Source: Amoebophrya sp. A120 (taxonomy: Eukaryota; Protista; Dinoflagellata). Taken from it: a stretch of 64,000 nucleotides of DNA. Below the pieces are notes generated by a model. The model saw only the letters and a list, made by a program, of their open reading frames with translations. It was not told the DNA's origin and made no database searches. The number at the start of each line of letters is the position of its first letter. The first letter of the stretch is position 1. The stretch spans positions 3,284,437 through 3,348,436 of the forward strand of contig CAJINV010000006.1 of NCBI GenBank assembly GCA_905178155.1, read 5' to 3'. Of the stretch, positions 45,152 to 56,905 are shown piece after piece. The position numbers and the translations under genes were made by a program.

Positions 45152-48100
45152 ATGAGAAGAAAAAGTGATTTTATTCCGAAAATACCGGCGGCGCCCTCTT
45201 TCTGCCTGCGTCGTCCCATGCCGTTGCGTATCGTGTTTAAGAGGTGTATGCTGCGGATCTTTCGCGGCCACTTGGGTAGATGCTTCCTTGTTTCTGCTTT
45301 TGCAGCATCCACTACTGCTACAGCAAGCACACCAGCACAAACTTCCGTCCCGGAACAAGCCGCACCCAGGTCGACGCGGCCCAAATCTAATTTCTTCCGT
45401 AAATTCCCCGACAATGTGAATGGCCTGGAAATTGACGCCGGCGATTCCCTGCAATTCTACGCTAGTGCGGATAGTGAGCTGCTGCGAAGGAAGTTTTTCG
45501 GTCGTCACAACGAAGCCACGCCCTCGAAGCCATCGGCGGGACATGCACATGAAGACTATGAATTGCAAAAGTAAAATCGTACTCGTATAAATGCATTACA
45601 AATTTCCTCAGCATGAGAAATAAAATTTCTTATGCGGATTTACCTTTAAGAACAAGATTTGTAATGCGTGATTGCTATACAACCTACGAGTACTTTTGCA
45701 CTGGACAAAGACTGGGAGCCGCTCTGCTACCCGAACGGGATCGACAACCGGCTATCTGGTCCTCCCTCCTGCCGCGCCCTCGTCGTGATCGCGGTCGGCA
45801 AATTTTCGGGAAAAATTCCCCGAGGCCCGTACTCATCTTCTCAACCGCATAATCAGGATCGACAAGATGCTGGTGGCGCAGAAGCACGACCAGGAGATGT
45901 TAGCTCTTCTTCGTCCCTTTCAATCAAGACTCCCTTCACGGAACTGGCGATCGCTTTTCCAGCCTGCGCTGTTCACGAAAGCGACGAGAACGGAACCGAT
46001 TTGGAAAGCAGGGCCACCTTCCTTCCGAACTGCAACTCGTTCCAATCTTGCCAACCGAAATTTCCTGATTGCGTTTACACCTACCTCTACCGCACGTACG
46101 TGAACAGTGAGGAAATCGCGAGGCACGGGGTTGTATGCATTGCAAAAGTATCGTACTCGTATAAATGCATTACAAATTTCCTCAGCGTGATAAATTAGGT
46201 TTGTAATGCGGATTTACCTGAAGAAAAAATTTTGTGAAGCATGACTGCAATTATACGAGTGCGATACTTTTGCACAGGATAGGGCGAAGTTCTCGGCGTG
46301 GATAAGCGGTTTGTGCCGAACGCGAAGTGGATGCATTGGAATCTGCAACAAGAAGAAGTCGCTGCGGGTTCCCCATCATCTTCATCTGGCGACAGTAAAA
46401 AAAATACTTCCCAAGAAGTGGTCCCCGCACCGGCAACTTCTTCTTCCGCAGCACGGCAAGAAGTACAATTAGAGTCACCACTCAACAGCCAGCTAGATTT
46501 TTCTTTCGCCGACGAGTATGCAGTGCAAAAGTACTATCTTACTCGTATATATAAATGCATATACAGGCTTCCTCATCCTCTTCCTCAACAACATGAGAAA
46601 TAAAATTTGTAATGCTGATCTACCTCAAGAAAAGGATTTGCAATGCCAATGCATGATTATAATACAACGAGTACGATACTTTTGCACAGGATAACGAGTA
46701 TGGCACGCCGATTTTGAAGGGAAATGTCGGGATTCAGGGGTTGGCAATGACATCAAGCGGAAGTAAAAATGGTGAGCCACTGACAGGGACAGGTGGCAAC
46801 ATGGCAGGTACTGCAACATCTTCCCCCACTGCTAGTGCTGCTCCCCCGCCCGACGAGGATTCATACGAAGCGATTTTCAAGAAACAGATGGAGAAGCTCG
46901 CGAAAAGCGGACCAAAGCACCAAATTTTGCCCGTGGTGGGAAAGGTGAAAGAGCAAAAGACCGAAGAAGCAGAAGATCACTTCTCCCGTATGTTCCAGGT
47001 GATCAGCACCGAAATTTTACCCAAAGCGGACAACGACATCAAATTTCAATCGGATTTGGACGCTGGCGTGTTGCTGGAGAATATCGGGCTGAAAATCGAG
47101 AAAGCGGTGTTCTACCAGTATTGTGAGGAAAAATCCCCCCTCCCCATATCGAGAAGGACAACTGCGATGCTGGATTTGCGTACACAAGTCGACTTGTATT
47201 GCTAGAAGGCCAAATAAAGACGCAGCTGTGGCCTGAGTTGTAGGCAATTTGTCATGCTCTTTCCCTGTTCCAGTTGTCTCCTGTCATGCTGAAGATACAA
47301 GGCTTTCCCACCCCAGCCAGCACTACAGTCGCAGTCCGCATCCTTTGCCTTCTCTAGCATGACAACACGACTTTGTGGTCACAAATCATACTAAGTACAC
47401 AAATCTCCGCTTTAGTATGGGGAGGGGGGACTTTTCATTTTGATAACCAGAACATGCAGATGCAGATTCTCCCGCCGTGGAACAGAATCAGCACCGCTAC
47501 TTTATTTGCGACAACACACAACGAGAAGACTGCTGCGACGTTACAGCCGGGTGTAGTGGGAGGTGCAGCAGATGATAAGCGCTCTGATCTTGGTCATGCT
47601 GGATCTTCAGCCGCAGGTCGTGCGAGCAGCGCAGGAAGTGGCAGAAGTATAACTGGGAGAACTACATCAAGTCGAAGCAGGCCAGGCGGCGAAACTACAG
47701 GAAGTCGAGAAGGAGGAGCCAAGAACTATGCAATGTAAATTTCCTGTACATGTACAAAATGCATGACAAATTTCGCTACCTTGCAGAGTCCAACTTGTCA
47801 TGCTGGACTAGGATTGAAGGCAAGTTTTGTCATGCAGAGACTGCATTTGTACGTGTACGGGAAATTTACTGTGGATAAGAACACGCAGCACCACATCGGC
47901 GTAGTTTCTGATGGAAACCAGCAGACGCTACATATAAAAGCCTCAGGTTGGAAATACTCAAAGCGAAAATAGTTTGTAATGTAGAAAAGCACTCCAATTG
48001 AAGCGCCACTTCTAAGCGGCGCATGACAAATTTCCCGGGCACGTAAAGCATATCTGTCATGCTGGTTAACGCAAAGGGGTGCCCTTCTCTCGTGCTAATC

Positions 48101-50265
48101 AGCACTCCAATCATTAACCCGTAGAAGGGCAATACTCGGCCTCCATTGCGTCCTCTGCAATACAGTCTTTTTTGCGTCGCATTTCATGCATCACAAATTA
48201 TTTCCACTTTGAGAATTTCCATTCTGAGGCCTTCATACTACAGCAGCTGAACCCCAGCCCCCGTCGGGGCGGTGATAGTACAGCTGGGATGGGGGATTCG
48301 TCTTCCACTGGTCGCAAGAGAAACGTGAACGCGAAGGACCTGATCTATGCGGATTTTGAAGACGCAGTGTTCGACGATGATGATGGTGATAACGAGCATA
48401 TCCTGTGCAAAACTATCGTACTCGTATGGCAGTCATGCATTGCAAATTTTTTTCTGAAGCTCAAACCGCATTACAGATGCTGAGGAAGTCGAAATTTGTA
48501 AAGCATAATTTGTACGAGTACGATACTTTTGCAATGCATAGAGCAAGCACAGGAACAACAACCTTGGATGCCGCCACCTCCTCCGCCACCCTCCCGCGGA
48601 TCTGTACAACATCAAGAACATCCAGCTACTGCAACGAAGGGTAAGGCAAACGGCAGGGAAAGGCAGAGTGAAGGTCCCCGTGACCTCATCGAGATGTTTG
48701 AAGAAAGCATCCAGAAGCAGAACGAAGAGATTGACCGGGCTGCGGGTCGGGACAAGGAACACCATGCAAACAAACCAAAGAACAAGAAGCCACCACTAAG
48801 CGCGCAGGATAAGAAGAGAAGAGCCATGCATCACGATGCAGGAGGCAGTGCTGTACCTGTAGCAGGACCACAGAATCACAACCAGCAGGAGGCCGGTCTT
48901 GATGTGTCTGGCAGCACGATGGCCACAAATGACGATCCTGCAAGTATGAATCATGCCCGCACGGGACCATCAACATCCACTGATCCGAACATTATACGCG
49001 TCAAAGGGGCGTCCCAACGCGGGGGGAATGCGAAAAAGGGGAATAGCAGCAACAAAGGAAAGGGAGGGCGTGGATCTTCTTCTTCTAGCAACATCAACCA
49101 TGAAGTCGACATGATATCCTCTGTAGATTCTGTGAAATCCGTATCCCACGAAAAAACTGTTTCACTGTGATGATTTTGCAAGATCTGCGTCACAAGTTTG
49201 TTACACACGACACTGAACTTTTGTCATGCGCGCTTCCCAACGGAAAACACGCTTGACAATCCAGTGTCTTGCAGGTGTAGCAAGACAAATAGCTCTGTAT
49301 TGCATTTTCTGCATCACAAGTTCACATTGGAGCAGTTTTTTCTTGTGATAATCGCGGCAGTTGGAGTTGGAGGAAGAGATCGCAAGAGAGGAGGCGGAAT
49401 TGAGCGCAAATATGCTTTGCAAAAGTATAAATCGTACTACGTTGCACACATTTTTGCATGCGGAACCTTATTTTCACCCAGAAGGAAGAATGAAGCTTCA
49501 ACTTGTCATGCGGCAGGGGCAGTTAGGGTATTATTATTAAAAAAAAAGCGGATGATCTGTCTACTTCATGCCAAAATTCTATTTCATGCGATTTCAATAT
49601 CAGCGAGTGCGTCGAAGAAGATTCTACTTTTGCAATTCATAGCGAAGATGAAAGAACAATTCGGCGAAGAGGGTCTGAGTCCGCTTGGCAGGCAGTTTTA
49701 CCCCCCGATGAAAAGCAAACAGCAACAAAAAAATCATCGGCAGAGTGGAAAAGGTCGCGGGGATAGAAAAGAAGAGGGAGAAGAAGAAGTAGTAGATCAG
49801 CACTTACCGCGACGACACCACATCCAAACGGAGGTACCGAAAGTGGAAAGGGTGACCGGGCACGGGGGCGGAACGGAGTACGAGTATGAAGGACCACCAG
49901 TAGGATTAGGAACAGGGGATGGTGCTCGAGAAAATGAAGACCCATACTCGTTCTCTAGTGGAGGTGCTGCAGATGATATCAATGATAATCTAAGTGGTCG
50001 GGAACATCTGGATGACAATTATGAGAACGACCAAAACTACAGTAGAGAAGCAGGTACTTCTTCTGCATATAGTACACAGAGTGCAACTGTAGATCGCAAC
50101 AAACCAGTCGGAACGACTGTGTACGACAACTCTGGAGCAGACAGTAACATCAAGCAAATTTTACTCACTGCTGACGAGGAGGAAGATCTATTTTCTACTT
50201 CTAGGGGCCGCCGCGAGCAGTGGTCATATCGCCGGCTGCTCTGTGGCTATCGGATGCTGAAATGA
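45152..50265 (+). CDS. Hypothetical protein, possible acetoacetate-decarboxylase-like N-terminal domain and long disordered tail, 9 introners (start uncertain)
   Basis: Continuous frame after splicing; FTELAIAFP..YLYRTYVNSEEIARHGVEVLGVDK resembles the ADC-fold signature. Confidence 0.7.
45557..45707. mobile_element. Introner family B (right end ACA)
   Basis: Perfect TSD aagac. Confidence 0.9.
46134..46281. mobile_element. Introner family B
   Basis: TSD ggttg/gggcg, frame restored. Confidence 0.9.
46517..46693. mobile_element. Introner family B
   Basis: Perfect TSD acgag. Confidence 0.95.
47119..47445. mobile_element. Introner family C (reverse orientation relative to 3407-3715)
   Basis: Perfect TSD accag. 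Confidence 0.95.
47727..47877. mobile_element. Introner family K
   Basis: Perfect TSD agaac. Confidence 0.95.
47933..48237. mobile_element. Introner family H (AAAGCCTCAG..TGGAAA)
   Basis: Perfect TSD ctaca. Confidence 0.95.
48399..48540. mobile_element. Introner family B
   Basis: Perfect TSD gagca. Confidence 0.95.
49142..49350. mobile_element. Introner family G
   Basis: TSD atccg/atcgc. Confidence 0.85.
49411..49641. mobile_element. Introner family B variant
   Basis: TSD gcaaa/gcgaa. Confidence 0.85.
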
Positions 50266-51454
50266 GTATTCGTGCTGTAGTACCATCACCGTGGAAGATT
50301 TTGCTCGCTGTTCCGAAGATTCATAATTTTTGCTAGTGGTAGACCACGAGAGGGAATAAACTGAATAATAATTTTTCTCCAGTTGTAGTTCCTTTTTGAG
50401 AATAAAATTAGAAGTCGGTAGAAACAGAAAGTTGTGTTTGGAAGTAATTGTGACCCATGTCGTGAACTACAAGACCTTCTCTACGCCGGAAAAAACAGTG
50501 CCGCTTGAAAATCATTTTGTAGTTGTGTGGTGCGTTTCTGTTTGATAACTTGTTACCCTGAGTGAAGAGCTTTTTTACAAACATAGAAAATTATCCCGGA
50601 AGCATAGACCGCCAAAGCGAACGCATGAGAAGTTGAACAGCTGCAAGAGAGAAATATTCATGCTAGCATATCTACTTACATCTCTATAAATTCATCGCAT
50701 AAGTATTTGATTAAGTTCGTAAACAAGGTGTACATAGTGGCACTGCAGCAAGCGCGTCGCTGTATCATTATACAATTTCACTCATGTGAGGACATTCTCA
50801 ACATTCATCGTCCTCTGTTTTTGATCTCTACTGCACGGGGGACACGCTGCCGTGTGCGAGAGGGTGGAGAAAGCGTGCGTCCAGTTTTGAAAATTTAAAA
50901 AACATGTTCACCCGGCGTGTGTGTTTAGCGCGCAACACACGTCGTTGTGCGCCACGTGTAGTTTGTTGTAAAAATAAAGAATCACTTCTGAAGCAAGAAA
51001 ATATACCGCGGAACTGTGAAGTACCTACTTTTACGTGCTTTGATGAAGATGCCGGAGGTGGATGAGCCGTTCCAGAACTACCTTTTTGCTGGCCATCCGC
51101 TTACATATTCTTTCACCTCCTAGGTGGACTTAATATTCCACTGGTGTAGAAGCAGAAGCTGGGACTAGGACAACTACTACAACAGCGACTTTATTTACCG
51201 GCGCACCACAAGTGAGGCGGCCTGGTGTGGTGCTCGTCGGCGGATCTCCCCGCAGCAGATACGGATGTTCGACGCCTTGTTGGCTTCCCGACAACATCAA
51301 CAAGACCGAAAGAACTTACTTCTACAAAGTCGTTATCAACGACGTCGTCGTGCACCCGCACCGATACAACTAGAAGGAACGTGGACTACTACACGAAGAA
51401 AAGAAGAGCAAAAGAACATCGTCTTCCGCTGGAGCTGCACCAAGATCAAGAATC

Positions 51455-54400
51455 ATGAGTGGAATGTTCAATTCCCTGTACCAAACCTACCACGGAGCAG
51501 TTGACGCGATCATCAGACTATGGAGCGAAAAAAGTTTGTCACAGTCACTAACTTGCAGGTTTTGCATTACAAATTTTCTCAGCATCACAAAGAACTTTCA
51601 CTAAACTTTCCTTGTATTGCAGAAACACTAGGGAAATCCCTAATGAAGTTCGGCTGTGATGCATTTTTACGCATGACAAACAATTTTGTATTGCAAAAAT
51701 GCGCATGAGTGATCGTGACGAACTTTTTTTCTTTGATACAGACCCCCGAGGGATCAGTACACGTTGGATGAGCTCGGGCCAAAAAGATTCCGGAGCGGCA
51801 CGACCGTCTGGCACAGGAAGGACCTCCAACTCTTCAACGAGCGGGGCCACAAACTCCAGTGCTCCCACTACCTTCCGTACAACCTCTGCGAGGGCATTGT
51901 GAATTCCGCCGCAGCAGCACGGGCAACGTCCTCCACCGGTAGTGCGCCTGGTGCTGCGGGAGCAGACACATCTACTGCGAGTAAAAAGCGGCAAGTCGAG
52001 CGATGGCCTTGCGTCGTGTACCTGCACGGGAACTCTTATGGAACTGTCAGGATTGAAATTGACAAATTTGAAAAATGTGTGATGCATAAAACCGATACCA
52101 GTTGAAAGCCCAATTCCTAAGCGGCGCATGACAAATTTCGACGTCATCGAGATCCAGTTTGTCACGCTGTTTAGCAAAGGAAGGCATCCTTTGTCATGCT
52201 ACTTTAGCAGCTCTATCGCAAACCCAAAACAGGCTTACAGTCGGCCTCACTTGCCATCCCTGCAAGAGAAACACTTCATGCCTTGCCATTTATGCATGAT
52301 AAATTATCTCAACTTTGACGATTTCAATCCTGACACTCCCATAACCCTTCTTCCCGATTGGAAGCGATGGGCGCGTTGGAAGTCGTCTTGCCCCTCCCCT
52401 GCACGCTGTTTTGCCTAGATTTTTCCGGAAGCGGACTCTCGGACGGGGACTACGTTTCTCTATGCATTGCAAACGCATCGTACTAGTAGTAAAAATCGCA
52501 TTACAAATTCGGTCACCGTGACAAAGGGATAAATTTGTCATGCTGTTTTTCCTTGGGATGGAAATTTGTGATGCATGATTGCGATTACTACGAGTGCCAT
52601 ACTTTTGCACAGGATATTCTCTGGGGTACTTTGAAAAGGAAGACTTGAAAATCGTGATCCAGTATTTGCGAAGCACAGGCTACATCGGCAGCATTGGCTT
52701 GTGGGGAAGATCGATGGGCGCGGTCACGGCTCTGCTTCACGCGGATCGGGATCACTCGCTGGCGTGTCTGGTAAGTGTATTTTTTGTTGTGATGGTGGAA
52801 TTCCGTCTTGCAAGAACTACACAACTGATGCAGTTTGTCATGCACAGTACCAGTGTGAGTACCTCCTGCAGGCACGACCTGAGTTGTTGATTCAATTATC
52901 CCACGTGTGTCAACAAAGGTACTCGACTCCCCCTTCACCCGGCTCCGGACGCTTTGCCAAGAGTTAGTGGAAAACGGGGAGTATCTTGGGCTAAAAGCCG
53001 GCATGCTCACGACCATGATTGTCGACGGTGTTATCCAGGAAAAAACACCCATCCCCATCAATTTTTTGCATGACAAACACTGCAGCTTATGCATGTTTTG
53101 CATGACATCAAATTGGATGAGTATGGGTGTTTTTTTCCTGGATAGGTGTTCTCCACTTCCTCCGTGGGACCGTCAAAGAGCGCGCCGGGCTATGCAAAGC
53201 GAAAGTATAAACTGTATTGGTGTGAAATAGCATTACAAATTCATTTTTTTTCTAGCAGGAGATGGAGGTGGATTTTCTGATGCTGAGGTATACTTAGTTA
53301 AAGAGCGAGATTTGTCATGCAGTGTTCCCATTACTATTTACGATTTATACTTTTGCAATGCATACGGGTTTGAAATCGACGATTTGCAGCCGATCGAAAA
53401 CGTCTCGAAGTCCTTTGTCCCGGCATTCTTTCTCGCGGTATCCTGTGCAAAAGTATCGTACTAGTAGGAATCGCATCACAAATTGGCTCAGCATTACAAA
53501 TTAAATTTGTAATGCGGATTTCCCTTAACATCTAGATTTGTAATGCATGGTTGCGATAACTACGAGTGCGATACTTTTGCACAGGATACGCGGGCGCAGA
53601 CGACAACTTCATCTCCCCAAACCACAGCCAGCAACTTTACGATTTGTATTATTTGGAGTTTTGTTTATAAAGATTTTGTCATGCAGTTTGTCCCATGACA
53701 TGGGCGATTTTCGTTTTCCTCGTGAAGGAGCCTCGCATGACAAACTCAGCAATCTTCGCATGCTTCTACAGGTATGCCGGCGAAGACAAATACTACCATG
53801 TGGTCGAGGGTGCGGACCACAATAGCCCCAGGCCGAGGGACGTGTATCCTGTTCAAAAACGTCACCACCCCGATTTTTTCATGCAGATTTGCAATTACAG
53901 GAACGCTTGTAATGCGCCTCCCCAAGTGAGGCACAACTTTCCGTCGTGTTTTGGCATTTGTGATGCTGGAAACAGGAGAATGGGATTGATTTGTGATGCG
54001 GGTGCCTTTGCTAACCTTCACTACAATAGAGAGACGAGAAACTTGTCTTGCTTGATTGCCAAAACTTCGTGAGCTGTGTTGCAGACTATCCTGCCTGACT
54101 CTGGGGCGGGGGCGACGTTTTTACACACGATAACGTGCAAAAGAAGATCACGAATTTTCTGCGGGACGCACTGCAGGACCCGGAGACCCGGAACATGATT
54201 AGGATGGTGGATTTATCACAGGAAAAAGCGTATAAATGTAATTAACGGAGTTTCTGATGCAATAGCAATGGCGCACGCAGAGCCACTTCGTGTTGTAAAT
54301 TTGTATTGCTTGTTAACATGCACGTTGGTCCATTTTTTCATTTTTCATGCATGGGTGGCATCTCCGAAAAAAAACCGTTAATGTGAACTACACTTTTTTG

Positions 54401-56905
54401 GCGGATAGAACTGGGAGGAAATTGTAACGGACGCGGCCTTTCCCTTCCTCGTCCCACCACAGGAGCAGCAAGGTGGTTCCATTTCTTCAAACGGAGCAAA
54501 TGTGAAATTCAATCAGCAGCCAAGCAAGTCTATCAACTGCAAATATGTCTGGGTCTGGGAGATTGCGAGACTTGTCATGCCGGTCTGACATGACTGTGAG
54601 CTCTGTATTGCGCGCCCGCGAAGAGGTCCTCTCTTCTGTCATGCAAAAACGCAGCTTTTCATGCGTAGTACGCAACTCTAAACCACGGAAAAACTTGTCA
54701 TGCTGTGGAGCGCATTGCAGTGTGCTTACTATTCCCTTCCTTGCATCACAAGGCTCCAGACCCGGACATGTTTGCATTTGATAAAGTTTTTACAGCAAAA
54801 TAACGGCGGATCGTCAGACGGAGCCACTATTTCCGGCGCCCAGGTCGAAATGCCGCCGGGGTTTCGGTATGAATTGCAAAAGTAACGTACTAGCATGAAT
54901 TCAAATTGCAGCAATACAAAATGGCTCAGCATTAATGCAGATTTGCCTTAGGAACTAGATTTGTAATACATAAAATGCATTTGATACGACGAGTGCGATA
55001 CTTTTGCACAGTATATTCGGGAGGTGGAATCGCGATCCCGGCCGGGGACGACGGTGTACGAGGATATTGAAACCAAAAGAAGGTATATCCATTGCAAATA
55101 TCGATCTGGGTCTGCTGGAAACTTGTGATGCTGGGTGGCGTATCATGAGGAGGCCACAAGTGCTGGCTCAGCATGACAAGTTTCTGAGCTTCTAGGTGTT
55201 GCCTACGTATTCTGCATGACAGGCTGCGTTTATTTTTCTGCATAACAAAAAATAAATGGAGCGCTTCGGGAACGTGCATGACAGATTTAAGAGTCATGCC
55301 AGACAAGCATGATAAACATGCAAACTCTTCCAGACGCGGACATATTTGCATTTGATAAGTTACGGCTCCATGCAGCAAGCCTGGCGGGCCTACATTATGA
55401 AAGCCTCAGAATGGAAATTCTCCAAGTGGAAATAATTTGTGATGCATGAAATGCGACACCAAAAAGACTGCATTGCAGAGAACGCAATGGAGGCCGACTA
55501 TTGTGCTTCTACGGGTTCATAATTGGGCTGCTGAGTAGCACGAGAGAAGGGCACCCCTTTGCCTAACTAGCATGACAGACACGTCGTTTTGAGTGCCCGG
55601 GAAATTTGTCATGCGCCGACTAGAAATGGTGCTTCAACTGGACGAGTCTTTTTTTTGGATTACAAATTATTTTCACTTTGAGGATTTCCAACCTGAGGCT
55701 TTCATATACGTGCTAAAGGACGGAGTCACCGGCTCGCCGTTGACGCAACAGCGAGGTAGTTCGGGACCCGTCGGAGCAGGCAGCGTCGGTGCGACCACGA
55801 CCGTTGAGAATCCTCTGAACATGATCGCCGGATCCAGCGGAAGCCCTGGTGCGAACGGACACGCTGGGACGACAGTACCAGCACCAGCCGCAGCTCCACA
55901 CCAGTTGCAATCTGGCGGCGCAACGAGTAGCACTAGTAGCGCGGCTGCAGGACCACAAGGGGGTACTAGCACAGAACCACAAGTAGATCACGCCGCAGTA
56001 GTTTTGGACACCCTTCCCCAAGCGAGGCCCGGGGGCTACCGCCGGCCACTCGCAGCGAACGACGTAAACGTCGTGAACAAGCAAAATGCAGAAACAACCG
56101 GGCCAGAAACTACTGCTGCGACCAGAGTTTCCAACCAGAGCTCAGGTTTACCGGAACGAGGGATACATAAGCAGGACTCAGTAAACACAACAGGCTCGGT
56201 AAACCTCTTCCCAAACACAGGGATAAGCGCCAGCAACTTCCTATCAATTGCAAAAGTATCGCACTCTTATAAATGCATTACAAATTTTCTCAGCATGAGA
56301 ATCTGTAATGCGGATTTTCCTGAAGAAAAAGATTTGTAACGCAACAAGACTTGCATTTATACGAATCCGATACTTTTGCACAGGATACTTCCAACAAAGT
56401 TCTTCCTCCGAAGACGACGACAACAGCGGGCAGAATTACCAGCTACGCATTACAGAAGTATCGTCTTCGTATAAAAACGCGCATGACAAATTTCTTCTGA
56501 AGGAAAACGGCAGTTTGTCATGAAGATTGAGCCATGGAAGAGCAAGTGTAGATCTGTCATGCAAAACAGCCATTTCATCGACCAGTCCGATACTTTTGCA
56601 TTGTATACCAGCAGATGCTCGACAACCTTCCCTCCGTTGAGGAACTGTCCGCCCAAATGGCGATGTACCATGCGGGACCGCAGGAATTATCGAGCAGCTG
56701 GTCGGTCGTTGAGCTGAAGGAGCTGGGCTTTCCGGAACAGAGCTGCGAGGAAGCAAAAGCAAATGGCCTGTCTTTTGAGGAAGCTGTGGAGTACTGCGTT
56801 TCCCGGAGCAGTGTGGTAGCGAACGGCGGGGGAGCAGGGGGAGCGGAGGGGGAGTTTGACCTTGGGGAGGTAGAAAGAGGCAGCGGACGGGACTCGGTCA
56901 CGTGA
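51455..56905 (+). CDS. Alpha/beta-hydrolase with C-terminal UBA-like domain; 14 introners + 2 canonical introns
   Basis: AIIRPPR, VVYLHGNSSSR, LDFSGSGLSDGDYVSLG, LWGRSMGA (nucleophile), VLDSPF, DDNFI, GADHNSPR; tail LKELGFPEQSCEEAK..FEEAVEY. Confidence 0.9.
51519..51738. mobile_element. Introner family F
   Basis: Perfect TSD cagac. Confidence 0.95.
52037..52343. mobile_element. Introner family D
   Basis: TSD actct/accct. Confidence 0.9.
52461..52616. mobile_element. Introner family B
   Basis: Perfect TSD ttctc. Confidence 0.95.
52771..52918 (+). other. Canonical GT-AG intron
   Basis: GTAAGT...AAAG; removal gives ACLVLDSPF; no TIR. Confidence 0.9.
53032..53144. mobile_element. Introner family I (AAAAAACACCCATCC)
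   Basis: Perfect TSD ggtgt. Confidence 0.95.
53191..53364. mobile_element. Introner family B variant
   Basis: TSD cgggc/cgggt. Confidence 0.9.
53439..53588. mobile_element. Introner family B
   Basis: Perfect TSD cgcgg. Confidence 0.95.
53646..53771 (+). other. Canonical GT-AG intron
   Basis: GTATTA...CTACAG; removal gives LYDLYAGEDK; no TIR. Confidence 0.85.
53845..54132. mobile_element. Introner family J
   Basis: Perfect TSD acgtg. Confidence 0.95.
54214..54407. mobile_element. Introner, G-like
   Basis: TSD ggatt/gaact, frame restored. Confidence 0.85.
54531..54783. mobile_element. Introner family A
   Basis: TSD aagtc/aagtt. Confidence 0.9.
54868..55015. mobile_element. Introner family B
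   Basis: Perfect TSD ttcgg. Confidence 0.95.
55086..55357. mobile_element. Introner family A (reverse of 1430-1681)
   Basis: TSD aggta/agtta. Confidence 0.9.
55396..55706. mobile_element. Introner family H (reverse of 47933-48237)
   Basis: TSD tacat/tacgt. Confidence 0.9.
56242..56387. mobile_element. Introner family B
   Basis: Perfect TSD cttcc. Confidence 0.95.
56444..56607. mobile_element. Introner family B (left end TAC)
   Basis: Perfect TSD ccagc. Confidence 0.9.
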
